Source: a virus
Lineage: Duplodnaviria; Caudoviricetes
Length of the DNA stretch: 64,000 nucleotides
Reading direction: 5' to 3' (one strand)
Virus record (IMG/VR): IMGVR_UViG_3300025838_000023
Span: 32,001 to 96,000 of that record
The position numbers and the translations under genes were made by a program. The notes beneath the pieces are model-generated. The model made no database searches. It saw nothing but the letters and a program-made list of their open reading frames with translations, and was not told the DNA's origin. This document shows positions 50,894 to 58,335 of this stretch, piece after piece (positions within the stretch are counted from its first letter, which is position 1; each line of letters opens with the position of its first letter).

Positions 50894-50976
50894 ATATTAA
50901 AAATTTGTTGTAGTATCGAGAATCTACTACATTTATCTTCCGAATTTAACGGACGAATCTCGTCGTTTAAAGAAAT

Positions 50977-51056
50977 TGGTGGAGAATATCGGCATCGAAC
51001 CGATCTGAAAATTTCTGATTGCAAATCAGACGATCACCCAAGCAATCCCATCCCCC
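50977..51056 (-). tRNA. tRNA-Ala(TGC)
   Basis: TCTGA-TTTGCAA-TCAGA, G3-U pair, CCA. Confidence 0.82.
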
Positions 51057-51066
51057 ATATAAAAAT

Positions 51067-51159
51067 TGGCACCAAGACTAGGACTCGCACCTAGATACCG
51101 TTCAAGACGGATTACACGAAGGTAACAACTTCGCCACTTACTAGTTAGTGTATCTTGGT
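51067..51159 (-). tRNA. tRNA-Asn(GTT), long V arm
   Basis: CGAAG-TTGTTAC-CTTCG, CCA. Confidence 0.75.
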
Positions 51160-51166
51160 ATAAAAT

Positions 51167-51241
51167 TGGCTCCAACGCTAGGTTCTGCCCCTAGACCGTC
51201 TCGCTTAACAGGCGAATGGACTACTGTTATCCCACGTTGGA
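51167..51241 (-). tRNA. tRNA-Asn(GTT)
   Basis: Loop CT-GTT-AA, CCA. Confidence 0.85.
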
Positions 51242-51249
51242 ATTTAAAT

Positions 51250-51325
51250 TGGCACCGTTGACAGGACTCGCACCCGCTAAAAACAGCTTGAAAAACTGCT
51301 CACTCGACTCTTTGTATTCAACGGC
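51250..51325 (-). tRNA. tRNA-Glu(TTC)
   Basis: Loop TT-TTC-AA, CCA. Confidence 0.8.
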
Positions 51326-51389
51326 ATAAAATTTGATCATAAATGTATATTTGCACCCACATTTTAATATAAATTGATTAAATATAAAT

Positions 51390-52136
51390 ATGAAGGTTCA
51401 ATTCAAACATACAGAAGAATCAAAAGCAAACTTAAGTATAAAACGGAAAGAATGGCTTAAAAATAATCCTGATAAACATCCTTGGAAACGTCATGATAAA
51501 TTTAAATCAAAACCATGCGAAAACGCAAAACAGTTTTTGAGAGATAATAATATTCCATTCATTGAAGAATATACTCCAGAAAATATAGATAGAAATTATT
51601 CTATTGATATTGCATTACCTGATAAAATGATTTCTTTGGAGATAAACGGTAATCAACATTATAATCGAGACGGAACATTAAAACCTTATTATCAGGAAAG
51701 ACAAGATATATTAGAAAAAGCTGGATGGATAGTATACCAAATACATTATTCTGCATGTTTTAATCTTGATAAGTGGAAAGATTTTTTTAATATACTTAAA
51801 TATGCTGTGGTTAAAGTCGATTTCGATTATTTTACATATGTTCCTAAGAAATTAGAAAGAAAAACACTACATGATAAATGTGGTTGTGGTAATAAAAAAC
51901 TTATTAAGTCTAAAAATTGTTTTATATGTAATAATAAAATGCCTAAAATATATAAAAGAAAAACTGTTAGACCAACAAAAGAATTACTTACAAAATTAAT
52001 ATGGGAAAAACCATTAACTAAAATAGGAAAAGATTTTAATGTAACCGATAATGCTATAAGAAAATGGTGTAAATTATATAACATAACAGAATTTCCAAAA
52101 CGTGGATATTGGCTGAAATCTAAATTGGTAAACTAG
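51390..52136 (+). CDS. Free-standing endonuclease (NUMOD3-like + DUF559/Vsr-like + HTH)
   Basis: HTEESK..LS; YSIDIA..EINGNQHY; GW; C-terminal HTH. Confidence 0.75.
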   Translation: MKVQFKHTEESKANLSIKRKEWLKNNPDKHPWKRHDKFKSKPCENAKQFLRDNNIPFIEEYTPENIDRNYSIDIALPDKMISLEINGNQHYNRDGTLKPYYQERQDILEKAGWIVYQIHYSACFNLDKWKDFFNILKYAVVKVDFDYFTYVPKKLERKTLHDKCGCGNKKLIKSKNCFICNNKMPKIYKRKTVRPTKELLTKLIWEKPLTKIGKDFNVTDNAIRKWCKLYNITEFPKRGYWLKSKLVN

Positions 52137-52207
52137 ATGGGACTTGCACCCCACATGTTTTCTAATTACTCTTTCACCTGTTTAGAAGACAGAGGAGATA
52201 CTAGTTT
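52126..52207 (-). tRNA. D-armless tRNA-Arg(TCT)
   Basis: AAACTAG/CTAGTTT, loop CT-TCT-AA, CCA. Confidence 0.65.
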
Positions 52208-52210
52208 GTT

Positions 52211-52278
52211 TGGAGCCGTATAGGATATTGCAATCCTCCTGCTATATTACGAGTATAGGCTGTGTGCTTACATACGGC
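52211..52278 (-). tRNA. tRNA-Thr(CGT), reduced D arm
   Basis: CTATA-CTCGTAA-TATAG, CCA. Confidence 0.72.
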
Positions 52279-52287
52279 ATAGAAAAT

Positions 52288-52370
52288 TGGTGCGTAGGAG
52301 AAGAATTTGCACTTCCACAGATTAACGGGTGTTTTACAGACACTTGGACGCACTCTTGTCCATCCTACGC
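52288..52370 (-). tRNA. tRNA-Tyr(GTA)
   Basis: Loop CT-GTA-AA, CCA. Confidence 0.8.
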
Positions 52371-52383
52371 ATAATTAAATTCC

Positions 52384-52456
52384 CGGTATGGACGAGTGCT
52401 GCCCTCGCTTAAACTTGATTGACAATCAAGTATCGATGCTGTTCGAACTCCATACC
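52384..52456 (-). tRNA. tRNA-Asp(GTC)
   Basis: CTTGA-TTGTCAA-TCAAG. Confidence 0.78.
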
Positions 52457-52530
52457 ATTAAAAATTGGTCAAGTTATGTAGATTGCCTCCACTACTAAGG
52501 TTTACTTGCACGACCTAGCTATATTTAAAT

Positions 52531-52604
52531 TGGCGCGACATAGGGGTTACGCTCCCCTGACTCCTCTTGGACAGAGAGATAGGTTACTATTACTTCAATG
52601 TCGC
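52531..52604 (-). tRNA. tRNA-Asp(GTC)
   Basis: Loop CT-GTC-CA, CCA. Confidence 0.82.
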
Positions 52605-52613
52605 ATTTAAAAT

Positions 52614-52689
52614 TGGTAGCCTCAGATGGATTTTCACCATCTTCTAAAGGTTGAGAACCTATGATCCTGTGTCATTAGACGATGAGGCC
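52614..52689 (-). tRNA. tRNA-Glu(CTC)
   Basis: Loop TT-CTC-AA, CCA. Confidence 0.82.
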
Positions 52690-52697
52690 ATTTAAAT

Positions 52698-52773
52698 TGG
52701 TCGGATACCAGAGAATCGCACTCTGTCACCCCACTTCCAAGGCGGGTAAGCACACTTGCGCTATTCGTATCCG
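52698..52773 (-). tRNA. tRNA-Pro(TGG)
   Basis: CCCGC-CTTGGAA-GTGGG, CCA. Confidence 0.82.
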
Positions 52774-52782
52774 TTATAAAAT

Positions 52783-53463
52783 TGGTTTTCGTTGCAGCTT
52801 TCGACTCTGCTATAGTAGCTACAAATGCGATGTGCTAATGCTACCGTGTTTCCCATGCAATGCCTCTCATATACCCTTTATGGTATTGTCACTGATTTAT
52901 TATAAGTGCCTGTCTAGCCTTTCTACTAGCTCACGTTTTTTATGGTTAGCCCATCGCATTGTTACACTTTATCTTCTATCAGCGTTTTACATATACTATC
53001 TATTACCCACATATACTATACAGTTAGACAAAACATCAATTTTTATATTTTTAAATGGGCAGGGACTGTAAGCTCCTACCAACCATAGAAGAAAGTGAAT
53101 AACTTGGTGTTTATTCCGATCAACGAATACGGTTATGGATGCATAATACGGGTCTTCGGGTATTTCATAGGGTTACATACCTTTTCCGATTCGGCTATAC
53201 ATACACTGGTTAATTACAGTAATAAAACAATTTAATTTTCTGATAACCTATCTTACGATTAAACCTTTAGATTCTATCTTATTTTATACCTTATCTTCCT
53301 CTTTTATTTTTGTTTCGAATATTAAAATAACCCCTCTCTTCTAATACTCTGTTCTTATTTAATCATAAATAATTTTTAAATCAACTACTATTTGCATTTA
53401 ATTCATATCATTCCTTTATAAAAATGTATATTATATGCGACTAGTCGCTAACACTAAACGAAA
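52783..53463 (-). ncRNA. tRNA-like RNA with a ~175-nt structured insert in place of the anticodon loop, interrupted by mini-element B
   Basis: TTTCGTT/AACGAAA-ACCA; ATAGTA/TACTAT; T arm GCAG/CTGC. Confidence 0.55.
53019..53454 (-). mobile_element. Non-coding mini-element B, copy 2
   Basis: Copy of 34007-34442 with a handful of SNPs. Confidence 0.82.
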
Positions 53464-53467
53464 TTGT

Positions 53468-53551
53468 TGGCACGGAAATGAGGTAACGCTCCCCTTAGTA
53501 TGAATACGCTAGTTTTGGAGACTAGATGCAATCCTTCTTGCGAGTTTCCGT
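53468..53551 (-). tRNA. tRNA-Trp(CCA)
   Basis: CTAGT-CTCCAAA-ACTAG, short V arm, CCA. Confidence 0.78.
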
Positions 53552-53563
53552 ATGATAAATTGT

Positions 53564-53653
53564 TACAACGGGTGGGCTTCGCTCCCACGGTGAGGCTTGT
53601 AACCTGTCGGATTAAAAGTCCGATACTTTCGACTGGACTAAGTGAACCGTTGC
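53564..53653 (-). tRNA. tRNA-Lys(TTT), long V arm
   Basis: TCGGA-CTTTTAA-TCCGA. Confidence 0.75.
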
Positions 53654-53661
53654 ATTAAAAG

Positions 53662-53736
53662 TGGTGGGGTCACGGGGACTTGCACCCCGACTTAACGATT
53701 TAAAAGACCGTTGTGCAGCTATTACACCATAACCCC
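53662..53736 (-). tRNA. tRNA-Lys(TTT)
   Basis: Loop CT-TTT-AA, CCA. Confidence 0.87.
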
Positions 53737-53748
53737 ATTATAAAAATT

Positions 53749-53827
53749 TGGTGGAATCGGAGGTAGTTGCAACCTCACGAATGGTCTAGTTAAGAGCTAG
53801 TTGCCCGTCTACTGTAGCTTCGATTCC
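53749..53827 (-). tRNA. tRNA-Lys(CTT)
   Basis: Loop CT-CTT-AA, CCA. Confidence 0.82.
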
Positions 53828-53872
53828 TTTTGTGTCGTTATTTTTCTATGGTTGAAAAAATAACACTAAAAT

Positions 53873-53947
53873 TGGAGCACATGATGGGTATCCCGCCCAC
53901 ATAAACTTCTTTGGAAGAGAAGCGCATTAGTTGTCTGCCACATGTGC
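53873..53947 (-). tRNA. tRNA-Gly(TCC)
   Basis: CTTCT-CTTCCAA-AGAAG, CCA. Confidence 0.85.
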
Positions 53948-53955
53948 ATTAAAAT

Positions 53956-54043
53956 TGGAGCCTACAGAGGGACTCGCACCCCCGGTGAACCTTGCGGTTA
54001 CAAGCTTACAAAGCTAGTCCTATCGCTACTAAGGGATGTAGGC
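53956..54043 (-). tRNA. tRNA-Thr(TGT), long V arm
   Basis: Loop TT-TGT-AA; V arm AACC-GCAA-GGTT; CCA. Confidence 0.78.
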
Positions 54044-54050
54044 ATTAAAT

Positions 54051-54118
54051 TGGAGCCGTATAGGATATTGCAATCCTCCTGCTATATTACAAGTATAGGC
54101 TGTGTGCTTACATACGGC
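54051..54118 (-). tRNA. tRNA-Thr(TGT), reduced D arm
   Basis: Identical to 52211-52278 except the wobble base. Confidence 0.72.
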
Positions 54119-54130
54119 ATTAATAAAATC

Positions 54131-54202
54131 TAGCGCATAAGGGTTATGCTCCCTTGTCTATTCCTTGAAGGGGAATCGTCCTAGCTATTAGACGAATGCG
54201 CC
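54131..54202 (-). tRNA. tRNA-Glu(TTC)
   Basis: ATTCC-CCTTCAA-GGAAT. Confidence 0.78.
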
Positions 54203-54211
54203 ATTTAAAAT

Positions 54212-54287
54212 TGGTAGTTCTAGAGTTGGTTGCAAACTCATCCATAATTTCTTGAGAATTATCGCTCTGCTCTTGGCGTATAGAACC
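54212..54287 (-). tRNA. tRNA-Leu(CAA), short V loop
   Basis: TAATT-CTCAAGA-AATTA, CCA. Confidence 0.78.
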
Positions 54288-54298
54288 ATTTTTGAAAT

Positions 54299-54373
54299 TG
54301 GTGCCTATGGAGAGATTTGCACTCTCACTGTTCGGTGTCTAAGGCCGATTTCTCTGCATTGGAATACATAGGC
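54299..54373 (-). tRNA. tRNA-Leu(TAG), short V loop
   Basis: Loop CT-TAG-AC, CCA. Confidence 0.8.
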
Positions 54374-54420
54374 ATGTGTTATTAATATTTTCTATAGTTG
54401 GAAATATCAAAACTAAAAAT

Positions 54421-54495
54421 TGGTGCTCATAGTCGGTCCCGCCCCGACACTGTTCGAATTTTAAGTTCGATTTCTCTGCGTTGGAATATATGAGC
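54421..54495 (-). tRNA. tRNA-Leu(TAA), short V loop
   Basis: TCGAA-CTTAAAA-TTCGA, CCA. Confidence 0.8.
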
Positions 54496-54505
54496 ATTTT
54501 GAAAT

Positions 54506-54584
54506 TGGTTGCGGGGAGTGAAAATTGCATTCACTGTCAAGAAGCTTATGAGACTACTGCTGGTCTACTCCAGTCCACCCTGCA
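54506..54584 (-). tRNA. tRNA-Met(CAT)
   Basis: Loop CT-CAT-AA, CCA. Confidence 0.75.
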
Positions 54585-54591
54585 TATAAAT

Positions 54592-54667
54592 TGGTCCCTC
54601 GTGTTGGCTTTGCTCCAACCACCTAACGGTTATCAACCATTTGCTCTCCTGAATGAGCTAACGAGGG
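54592..54667 (-). tRNA. tRNA-Ile(GAT)
   Basis: Loop TT-GAT-AA, CCA. Confidence 0.85.
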
Positions 54668-54676
54668 ATTAAAATT

Positions 54677-54750
54677 TGGAGCGGGTAATCGAAATCGAAT
54701 CGATATTTTCGCCTTGGCAAAGCAACGTAATACCACTATACCATACCCGC
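54677..54750 (-). tRNA. tRNA-Gly(GCC)
   Basis: Loop TT-GCC-AA, CCA; first tRNA of the array. Confidence 0.85.
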
Positions 54751-54842
54751 AAATTTTTATTTAGGTTAACATTAAGAATTTATTCAGAAGGTATATATCA
54801 TTCTACCCATTATTGGATGGGTATGTTAGCCTAAGAAATTGT

Positions 54843-55160
54843 GAGACTTGCCAATAATTTTATATAATTGGCAAGTCTCTTTTGGGAATACTGCCGAAAT
54901 TTTTAAGGTTTGGCAGTATTCCCAAAGTTTTGTTACAGTTTGTTATGAACTAGTGGTATGGGTTTCACGCCATTTGACTAATTCCTGTAACGGTTTAACT
55001 ATAAAGAACAAACACCTATTATTCCGAGTTTCGCTATTTCTATTGATAAGCCGATTTCTCTTTCGAGGGTGTGTCGGACATTCGTTTCGCTTCTGGTTGA
55101 AACTCTCAAAACTCCTTTTAAATTTCCTAAATGGCCTACTATATTTCGGTGTTCCACGTA
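54843..55160 (-). ncRNA. Structured leader RNA of the tRNA array
   Basis: Pseudoknot-compatible pairings plus two long perfect hairpins. Confidence 0.45.
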
Positions 55161-55197
55161 TTCAATTATATGTAATTAAAATTATTATATTTTTGCA

Positions 55198-55236
55198 ATA
55201 AAAAACTCGAACCTTTTTATTTTTCGGGTTCGAGTT
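55198..55236 (-). terminator. Attenuator terminator upstream of the tRNA array
   Basis: AACTCGAACC/GGTTCGAGTT + T tract. Confidence 0.85.
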
Positions 55237-55275
55237 AAGAAAACTTTTTATAAGTCTAACTATTTTCTTAACTCG
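55231..55275 (-). promoter_or_regulatory. Antiterminator hairpin overlapping the terminator and the leader stop codon
   Basis: 13-bp perfect stem CGAGTTAAGAAAA/TTTTCTTAACTCG sharing 55231-55236 with the terminator. Confidence 0.8.
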
Positions 55276-55399
55276 TTTGCCCTCCTTGTGTATACTGTTC
55301 AAATGACCAGCAACGTTCACAAGTGGGCAGACTATTACCATTAATGGATTTTCTATCCATCTTGGTAAGTTGTCTTGCTATATGTAAGTTCGCTTTCAT
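55268..55399 (-). CDS. Putative attenuator leader peptide (43 aa)
   Basis: MKANLHIARQLTKMDRKSINGNSLPTCERCWSFEQYTQGGQTS*; not in the ORF track (<60 aa). Confidence 0.7.
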   Translation of the reverse strand: MKANLHIARQLTKMDRKSINGNSLPTCERCWSFEQYTQGGQTS

Positions 55400-55495
55400 T
55401 TTTGAAGATTTTGGTTATAGTTGATTGTTGTAATTATATTTAACGTGATTTACTATTTTTTCTTAGATTTTTTAAACTTTTTTTAATATTTGGTA

Positions 55496-55690
55496 ATCTT
55501 AGTGGATTTTCTTTTTATTGTCAATTAGTTTTTTAATTTCTTTTTAGTTAGTATTTCGTGTTATTGGAGTATCTTAGCAGAATATTTTGGGAAGTCAACT
55601 TTTATTTTCGATTTCTTTTTAATTTTCTGTTTTTGTTACTCTTTCGATTTATTGTGAAAGTATCTTAGCAGACTTTTCACATATTGTCAA
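55496..55690 (-). promoter_or_regulatory. Three tandem sigma70 promoters for the leader/tRNA array
   Basis: TTGACA-17-TAAGAT (55524-55496), TTGACT-16-TAAGAT (55598-55571), TTGACA-17-TAAGAT (55690-55662). Confidence 0.8.
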
Positions 55691-55711
55691 ATTATTTTTT
55701 GATTTTCTTTT

Positions 55712-55783
55712 TAAGAGCAGAGTTGGTGAGTGATAATTAACAACAAGAGGATTTTTTTATCTCACCCACCAACTCTGCTCTTA
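55712..55783. repeat. Long inverted repeat
   Basis: taagagcagagttggtg / caccaactctgctctta. Confidence 0.7.
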
Positions 55784-55804
55784 GAATTTCGATCTATTTG
55801 AAGT

Positions 55805-56143
55805 TTACCATATCTTCTTAGGATTGCAAGGATTATTTTCGATTTCTTTTTGATATTCTTGAAATTCTGCCAATTCCAGTCCTTCTAGGGATTCTTCTCC
55901 TTCCATTAGTGGTTTTATAATATTCACTATGGAGTTTACATTATCGAAGCCATTTAACCATCGGTATTTTCCATCTCCTTTATTATTGAGCATGAGTTTT
56001 GCCCAACGGTTTACGGTATTTGGTGCAATATTCTGAATTATATATTCTCTTATAGGTTCAGGGATATTCACCAAAATTTTGTAAACTTGTTTGGCGATTT
56101 CAATTTCAGAGAAGTATGGGGATTTTAGATATTCGGCGTCCAT
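55805..56143 (-). CDS. Hypothetical protein
   Basis: ORF (MDAEYL start). Confidence 0.5.
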   Translation of the reverse strand: MDAEYLKSPYFSEIEIAKQVYKILVNIPEPIREYIIQNIAPNTVNRWAKLMLNNKGDGKYRWLNGFDNVNSIVNIIKPLMEGEESLEGLELAEFQEYQKEIENNPCNPKKIW

Positions 56144-56147
56144 AATG

Positions 56148-56390
56148 TTATATATCGTCCAACAAAGCTGATAATTTATTAAATGCTTGTATATCTCTAC
56201 GGAACGAATCAAATTCTTTATCGACTCGTAATTCAGAAGCATTAAGTTCAACGGCACATTTCAAGCAACAATCTACAGTTTTATACATTGTTGATCCATT
56301 ATGAGGATGTTCACCATCTAAAAAAGTTATTCGGAGAACTTCGTTTGGTCGAATTTCTTTATCACATAGATCGCAAGTTATTTTTATCAT
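56148..56390 (-). CDS. Small Zn-ribbon protein
   Basis: CDLC..C.KC. Confidence 0.55.
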   Translation of the reverse strand: MIKITCDLCDKEIRPNEVLRITFLDGEHPHNGSTMYKTVDCCLKCAVELNASELRVDKEFDSFRRDIQAFNKLSALLDDI

Positions 56391-56616
56391 AATTTTAAAT
56401 TTATCCAGTTATTTTTCTAATATTTTGGCAGATTACTCTTAGGATACTTTTGATTGGTTTATTTTTATATATTTCGATAGGCCAACCAAGTTTATCTTTC
56501 AAATACCACGGAGCTTCATTTATTGGTTCCCTTAAATTAATATATCGAGAGAAAAAAAAACTGATAAACTTCGCGGGATATTCTTTGTGATAGTGTGTAT
56601 TGTTTAGAAGGAGTAA

Positions 56617-57102
56617 TCATGCCAATATTTTAATCCATTTTTTATATTTGTCAACATTTTTATTGTGAATTTCTATTATACCGTCAGGATATATTATGAT
56701 GGTTGGAATTTCTTTTTTCTTTGCGTATCGGATTGTTGCCCAAGTTCCTGATCTTAGTTGCATTTCTTTTTCTTTTGGAGTTGCAATCAATAAGTTGGAA
56801 GAATTAACAATGTCGTGATTTCTATCTAAGTAAGGTTTTGGTGGATGTATAAGAAATGCGTTTTTGCAGAATGCTCTTTTATTTTCTATGATGGGGGGAT
56901 GGATGATGATGTTAATATTTCCAAATTGATTGATGATATTGTGGGAATCTTCATCGGCTCCTATGCAATCTCCGTGGTGGTAGGATTCTATTTTATTTTC
57001 CACGAGCATTTGGGATATTATTTTTTTGAATTGGTGTTTTTGTGAATCCGACATACCAATTTGAGTTCCAGTGAATCCTACAGATTTTTTAACATTTTTC
57101 AT
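56617..57102 (-). CDS. SLOG/DprA-like nucleotide-binding protein
   Basis: GFTGT..G, HHGDCIGAD, RNHDIV, SGTWATIRYA. Confidence 0.75.
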   Translation of the reverse strand: MKNVKKSVGFTGTQIGMSDSQKHQFKKIISQMLVENKIESYHHGDCIGADEDSHNIINQFGNINIIIHPPIIENKRAFCKNAFLIHPPKPYLDRNHDIVNSSNLLIATPKEKEMQLRSGTWATIRYAKKKEIPTIIIYPDGIIEIHNKNVDKYKKWIKILA

Positions 57103-58129
57103 AAGAGAAGTGCATTGTTATATCTACTGGTTTAGCTTCGACATTAAGGTATGAAGGGAATTGTATATTATCAACAATTTTAGTTTTAAGTTCATTGAAA
57201 TACAAAGCGGATATTTGGCTTGCAGTATTCCAAATAGTGAAAAGTTCTTCAGGGTTCCACCAACTATAACCTCCATATTTTCTACTTAATCCTATATCGA
57301 CGCATTTAAAATAATATTGTGGATTTTTATTTGCAAAGATTAAGAATTTTGATATTTGCAAAGTTAGAAAATTAGTATCTACGATTCCTTGCTTTCCTGG
57401 TGCTTCTGTTGTGATTATTCCGTATGATTTACCTTCTTTACCTATCATGAATCCGTTTTCTCCTAGAACTGACCATTTGCCGATTAATTTTTCTTTATTG
57501 TATGGGTGATTTTTATTTTTCTTATTAAGTTCTGTTAATGCTTGGAGAAAAATATCGTCCGTTCTCCAATTGTTTTTAGAATCTCCTCTTTGCGCATATC
57601 CAGCAGAACCCGCACCATGAAAACCATTTTTATTACTACCGAAAATAAAAACTTCATTTGATTTTAATTCAGTAATCAATTTCTTTTTATTCATAAGTTT
57701 TAATTCAAATGGATTCACATATATTTTTCCGACTTTATAATCCGCGTATCCTTCTTCTCTATTACCTTTAAATCCTCCTGCTGGTGGGTTTTTAAGATTT
57801 TTCACATCTTTCTTCTGGTCGTATACTTTCACTCCACTTCCATCTTCTGGTTCAAGCCATTCATAATAACAATTAGCGGGAAGATCGGAATTGAATTTAC
57901 TTCGAAGTTTGCATTGAATATGTGATTGTTCAAATTCTATATATGCTCCATGATCACCATAAACAATACGATTATATCCGATAGCAAAAATATTATTCTT
58001 TAAGGTATAAAATATAGTATTTTCGTTTCCTTTCTCTTGGAGTTTCAATTCTTTTTCAACTTTTTTCTTAGCTCTAATACGGTTTGGATATATAGCAGTT
58101 GTATAGAAATTTAGATCATCGATATTCAT
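57089..58129 (-). CDS. Two-domain phage protein (C-terminal macro-like FIFGSN..G.HGAG domain)
   Basis: GYNRIVYGDHGAYIEF; EVFIFGSNKNGFHGAGSA. Confidence 0.6.
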   Translation of the reverse strand: MNIDDLNFYTTAIYPNRIRAKKKVEKELKLQEKGNENTIFYTLKNNIFAIGYNRIVYGDHGAYIEFEQSHIQCKLRSKFNSDLPANCYYEWLEPEDGSGVKVYDQKKDVKNLKNPPAGGFKGNREEGYADYKVGKIYVNPFELKLMNKKKLITELKSNEVFIFGSNKNGFHGAGSAGYAQRGDSKNNWRTDDIFLQALTELNKKNKNHPYNKEKLIGKWSVLGENGFMIGKEGKSYGIITTEAPGKQGIVDTNFLTLQISKFLIFANKNPQYYFKCVDIGLSRKYGGYSWWNPEELFTIWNTASQISALYFNELKTKIVDNIQFPSYLNVEAKPVDITMHFSYEKC

Positions 58130-58331
58130 AATCGTTTATTATTTCTACTACATGGTTATGGTTTCTTAAAACTCTCACTGTGCTAGAATATGTTATACAA
58201 CCATCTCTTGGGTATGTATTAAAACAAAATCTCCACATTTGTTCGCTTGTCATTTCTTTACCATCAACAATATAAAAAGTTTCTAATCTTTTCACTTTAT
58301 CTTCGCCAAATATCCAATTAAGTAATCCCAT
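58116..58331 (-). CDS. Hypothetical protein
   Basis: ORF (MGLLNW start). Confidence 0.45.
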   Translation of the reverse strand: MGLLNWIFGEDKVKRLETFYIVDGKEMTSEQMWRFCFNTYPRDGCITYSSTVRVLRNHNHVVEIINDYEYR

Positions 58332-58335
58332 ATTT

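Noticed and set aside
36590-54750. Suppressor tRNAs / stop-codon recoding
   Set aside because: No CTA, TTA or TCA anticodons found; long genes are intact in the standard code.
55020-55095. Second RNase P RNA (GTCCGA..AAATCGGCTTATC)
   Set aside because: The motifs are only ~25 nt apart and form a local hairpin; other conserved regions are absent.
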